DNA of 63,269 nt, counting the filler, from Polymyxa betae A26-41 (taxonomy: Eukaryota; Protista; Endomyxa: Phytomyxea), in the NCBI GenBank assembly GCA_003693705.1. It is 7 parts of 7 records of this genome, joined end to end, with 100 filler letters (N's around TTAATTAATTAA, not from the genome) between each part and the next. Parts side by side here need not be neighbours in the genome. Positions count along the whole stretch, not along the records: positions 59,486 to 63,269 come from RBZT01000407.1; 6 more parts are not named here. One strand, given 5' to 3'. Positions within the stretch are counted from its first letter, which is position 1. Every line of letters begins with the position of its first letter. A program made the translations under genes and the position numbers. A model generated the notes under the pieces. The model had not been told where the DNA came from, made no database searches, and worked only from the letters and a program-made list of their open reading frames with translations. This document shows positions 59,486-63,269 of this stretch, piece by piece.

Positions 59486-60815
59486 GGTGCTGAACTTTTT
59501 CGACTCAATCCTATTTTACTGGGAACAGTAACTTTTTTTCGAATCGGATGGGTTTTCGGTAGAAACCGGTATGAACCAAGTCGACATGTTCGCCGACAAC
59601 ATCTGACACCCTGAATTTTGCAGATACATGCCCCATTTATACTTGAAGATCCTGCTTTTCTGGACGCTTTCGCCCAAGCTGGCAGATCGGCCATGCTGCT
59701 CATCAATACCATTTTTACCTGCGTTCATGTCAACTGACAGAACAAAAAATGCTTTCACAATACCTTAGTCAAAGCTGACCGTGACGAATCGAAGATATAT
59801 AGCCCGTTTCGATTGATCATATTCAATTCGTGTGCGACCAAAGTGAAAAAGGCTTGACTTGAAAAGTAGGAGCATGAAGTCATCACGACAGATGATGGTT
59901 TACATCTTGCTGTTGGTGGTAACGTCAAATATGAAAACAAATGAGGTCATACCGAAATTTTGGAACTGTTGTGGATTCTGGCATCGTCGTAACAATGTGA
60001 TAAGGCGACAATCATTGATGCGACATCTGTAGACTGATTAGAATACTTATCACAGAACGATATATATTCCAAGTTACCTGATTGCTCCGTGTTTTGAACA
60101 TCATGAGAAAGGTGGAAAGGAGCATATACATCATAGAAGAGGTCGCCTTGCATCCAATCGGTCATTATATCTTCCTTACAATTGGTAGATTCATATCTTT
60201 GGACCAGTTCTGTGATCTTTTCAAACCCCTTCCAGAATAAGCTCGCCATTGAAGGATATGCAAAACGAATCTGCATGATGTATTCAGACAGCAACTGACG
60301 AATCGAAAGTCATTCCCTTACTGAATATCGTAGGATAAGGGCCAATATAAAAAGGATTTAGCATGCTTCCTTGAGCTGTTACAAACGGGACATTCTTGTT
60401 CATTCTCTAGCTCAAGCACAAAGAAACAATGTCCATTAGGACATGACTCCAGGGCAATGGGCTTGAATGATAAGAAAATGTCTCTGAGAATTGTTTCTTT
60501 GGCCTGTTTCCAGTTTTCGGGAAACCGCTCATAAACTTTAACGGGATCACCGGAATCATGGTCTGGTCGAGTTGAAATCTCTTGAAGGTACATGCCAAGG
60601 AGTTCATCAAAGCATTTGCTATTGATACTCGAGCGGAAACGCTGGTCCGCAAATTGCATAATTTTCTGTTTGATCTTCAGCAAATGGGCAAGGTTATCGA
60701 TTTCAAGCTCTCTCATCTGATTCTCTTGTAAGCAAGGTAGGGCTTGTAACATTGCTCTTGCATCGTTCATGGTTTTCAGAATATCACGCTCAAACTTGAA
60801 CATTGAGTCCTCCAT
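59486..60815 (-). pseudogene. Second, diverged member of the CACTA/EnSpm transposase family (partial)
   Basis: LRDIFLS, LESCPNGHC, GDLF, FSYLTLP, AHELN, MADLPAWAK...SSSINGACIC shared with 23680-25243. Confidence 0.85.
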
Positions 60816-60968
60816 TGGATCAATATGTCGCTCTTGATTAGTAATTGAATGTTCTTGGAATGTCTAAAAATAGACGCTTCCAGTCGCGGTGTTTTCCTGG
60901 ATATCTTGGTGCTCGGAATGGCCTCTGTTTCAAATCTGGCATTGTCTCTGCAGTCTCGATTCTATAAC

Positions 60969-62335
60969 ATGGAAGCTTCGGACGAATCATCTTCATCGTA
61001 TAGCGACGATCTGTGGCTGTCTGACTCCTCCGAAAGTGATGCCGTTCCGGATATACCTCATAACTGTTCTGTACCACGACTGAGTGAAGAAATTGTTCCT
61101 GATCGTCGTTTAACCAAAAAGCTGACGAATGATTAACGCAATCAAATTTCATCATATTTTCGCGACAACCCTAAAATGAAGCAAAGCGAGATTATTGCAT
61201 GGACAAGAATCCTATTCGGAGTTTCAGTTAGCCAAGGGACAATTTCCAAAATTTTTACGGCAAACCTGCCAAGAAAGCCCGGAGTTCTGACCCATAGGGA
61301 GAAGAAGAAATTATGCGAAAAGCGTTTAAAATCAAAGATGACGCGGAAAGATTTGGCAACCTGGGCGCAGACTGAATTTAATCTTGCAAGAAAGCCAACC
61401 CAGCCGACAATTTCCAACATTCTGAAACGTCGACATGAATTCTTGGAAAAAGTAATGGTGATCTGAAAGGAAAAAGGACCGTGAAACACCCTCATCTGGA
61501 ACATGCTCTTGCTAACTGGGTTCTCCAGTGTCTACACAAGAAGATATGTGTTTCTGGCGTTCTTATCAAGGAAAAGGCCAGGGACTTCGCTCAACAACTA
61601 CAAATTCCAGAATCAGATTGTCCATCATTTTCTGACGGTTGGCTGGAAAAGTTTAAACGAAACAATTTAATATGCTACAAAACGCACGGAGAGTCTGGAT
61701 CGGCCGATGTTGATGCTATCATTGACTGTCTTCCGGATATCCGAAATATTATTTCACAAAACGATTTATGCGACGTTTACAGTATGGATGAGACAGGATT
61801 GTTTTTGAAAATGTGTCCGGATCGAACAATCGCCGTTCGTCAGATGGAAGGTCGAAAAAAGAATAAGACCAGGTTCACAGCTGCATTGACTTGTAATGCT
61901 GACGGGTCTGACAAACCGGAGCCCTTCATTATTGCACATGCGGAAAGGCCGAGGTGTTTCAAGAAAAAGTCCGGAAAGGATCTGGGCTTCTACTACAGAA
62001 ACAACAAAAAGTCGTTGATGACCGGAGTTCTATTCCAGGAATGGTTGACAGCTCTGGAGAAAAAGATGCGGGAATCAGACCGTAAGATCCTACTGCTTCT
62101 TGATAACACACACTGTCATGTCATTGAAAATCTGGCGTTAGCAAATGTCACAGTTCACTTTTTACCGCAGAATACCACAAGCAAACTCCAGCCGATGGAT
62201 GCCGGAATAATTGCAGCATGCAAGCGACGTTATCGTCGCTTTCAACTTTTGAATGCGTTATCAAAAGATGAAACAGGAGAGCGAAACATTTATAGGATCG
62301 ACCAGCTTCAGGCTATGAGATGGCCCATGTCATAG
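60969..62335 (+). pseudogene. pogo/Tigger-type transposase (two psq-like HTH, CENP-B HTH, DDE_1; DD31D) with premature stops
   Basis: SQGTISKI, TQPTISNILK, LEHALANW, FSDGWLEKFK, DETGLF, LLDN, QPMDAGII. Confidence 0.92.
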
Positions 62336-62497
62336 CCTGAATGACTATTTTACGGATTTTTTTGTTAGATAATTTTGAGAATAAATTCCCGATTTTATGA
62401 GTTTTGGACTGCTTGACTGCTGTCTCCATGCAGCTCCCGTCAATCCAGCCTCATTTTTGACCACTTTCTCGTCTGTTCTTGTCGGTTCTCTCTCGCC

Positions 62498-62836
62498 ATG
62501 TCATCCGCTCCCGCTAGTAAGAAACAAAAAGTCTCCGGAACTGTCACGACCCACTTCCAGCCCAAGCATCAGCTGCTGTTTGGTGTCAAGCCCTGCGATT
62601 ATTGTCATGGAGGTGTTGTTCTGGGCGCTCGATGCTCTTTTTACACTGCTTTCGGTCGAGAGAAGAAGGCTTCTCAGTCCAGTTGGATTTTCAAATCACC
62701 TTTTTGTATTCAGAATTACCGAGCGCATCTTACGTCGCAGCATCCCGAGAAATGGGCTCTGTACCAGGCTCTGTCAGACGACGATAAGAATGGATTCTTC
62801 GATGTTCCTGTCAAAGCAGCTGAGCTTATTTGTTAG
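62498..62836 (+). pseudogene. N-terminal Zn-finger-like region of a probable protist hAT-like transposase
   Basis: RCSF..AFGRE...FKSPF...NYRAHL..QHPEKW..Y......K..FF pattern; stops just before an LTR. Confidence 0.5.
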
Positions 62837-62855
62837 GATCGAGAAAAAAGTCCCC

Positions 62856-63269
62856 TGTTATTGGTTAGATAAGCGGTGCGATGACTCGGGAGCAGAGGGT
62901 AGGACGCGGGGGACCGGTGTCCTGCAACGGAGCGACGTCAGTGAGTCCTCGGAGGCGGAGCGGCGGGGCACGGAGTGGAGCGGAGAGAGGGTCGGAGTGG
63001 AGCGGTGAGGGGATCGTAGTGCAGCGTAGGAAGGACGTACGGAGCGGTGCCGGTGAGACGGAGGCGGAGCGGAGACGAAGGTCGGAGGGGAGTCGGAGGT
63101 GAGGCGAGGCGAGAGAACGAAGCAATAGAGAGTCGGAGACGAGATGAGAAACGTATGAATTTTGGAGTTGATCGGAATGGTTGCGTGGAGGCCGCTCCTC
63201 GCCATTCATAGTAGGGAGGCGAGGGGACCCGCGCAGTCCGTGACAGTTAGGGCTCTTCCCCTATAGGAA
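62856..63269. mobile_element. Purine-rich LTR-like repeat, cut by the window end
   Basis: Begins TGTTATTGG with an abrupt composition change; last 132 bp nearly identical to 10885-11016. Confidence 0.7.

Noticed and set aside
62858-63209. Ser/Pro/Arg-rich ORFs
   Set aside because: Low-complexity translation of the LTR-like repeat

Overview
This is eukaryotic DNA, not one continuous locus. Seven contigs (1-10784, 10885-19999, 20100-28830, 28931-41566, 41667-55061, 55162-59385, 59486-63269) are joined by artificial 100-bp N/TTAATTAATTAA/N spacers, so adjacency across spacers means nothing. GT-AG introns, oomycete/protist-type transposons, a secreted ankyrin protein and scattered CCCTAA/CCCTAAAA motifs suggest a plasmodiophorid or similar protist (inference only). 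Most of the window is nested and largely decayed transposons: chromodomain Gypsy fragments, a Copia, solo LTRs, two two-gene PIF/Harbinger elements, piggyBac-like, IS630/Tc1 DD34E, pogo, hAT remnants and MITEs. One apparently complete 7-kb CACTA/EnSpm-type element has CACCGG termini, an unknown second ORF and an array of about 11 palindromes. Between the transposons lie effector-like or unusual genes: a signal-peptide kinase, a signal peptide + F-box-like + ankyrin protein, a PQPYK-repeat secreted protein, a GT-like membrane protein, a Zn2Cys6 factor, two BTB paralogs and a small bacterial-looking membrane protein. No rRNA, tRNA, true CRISPR array or Fanzor/TnpB could be supported. All family calls rest on motif recognition by eye; no searches were run.
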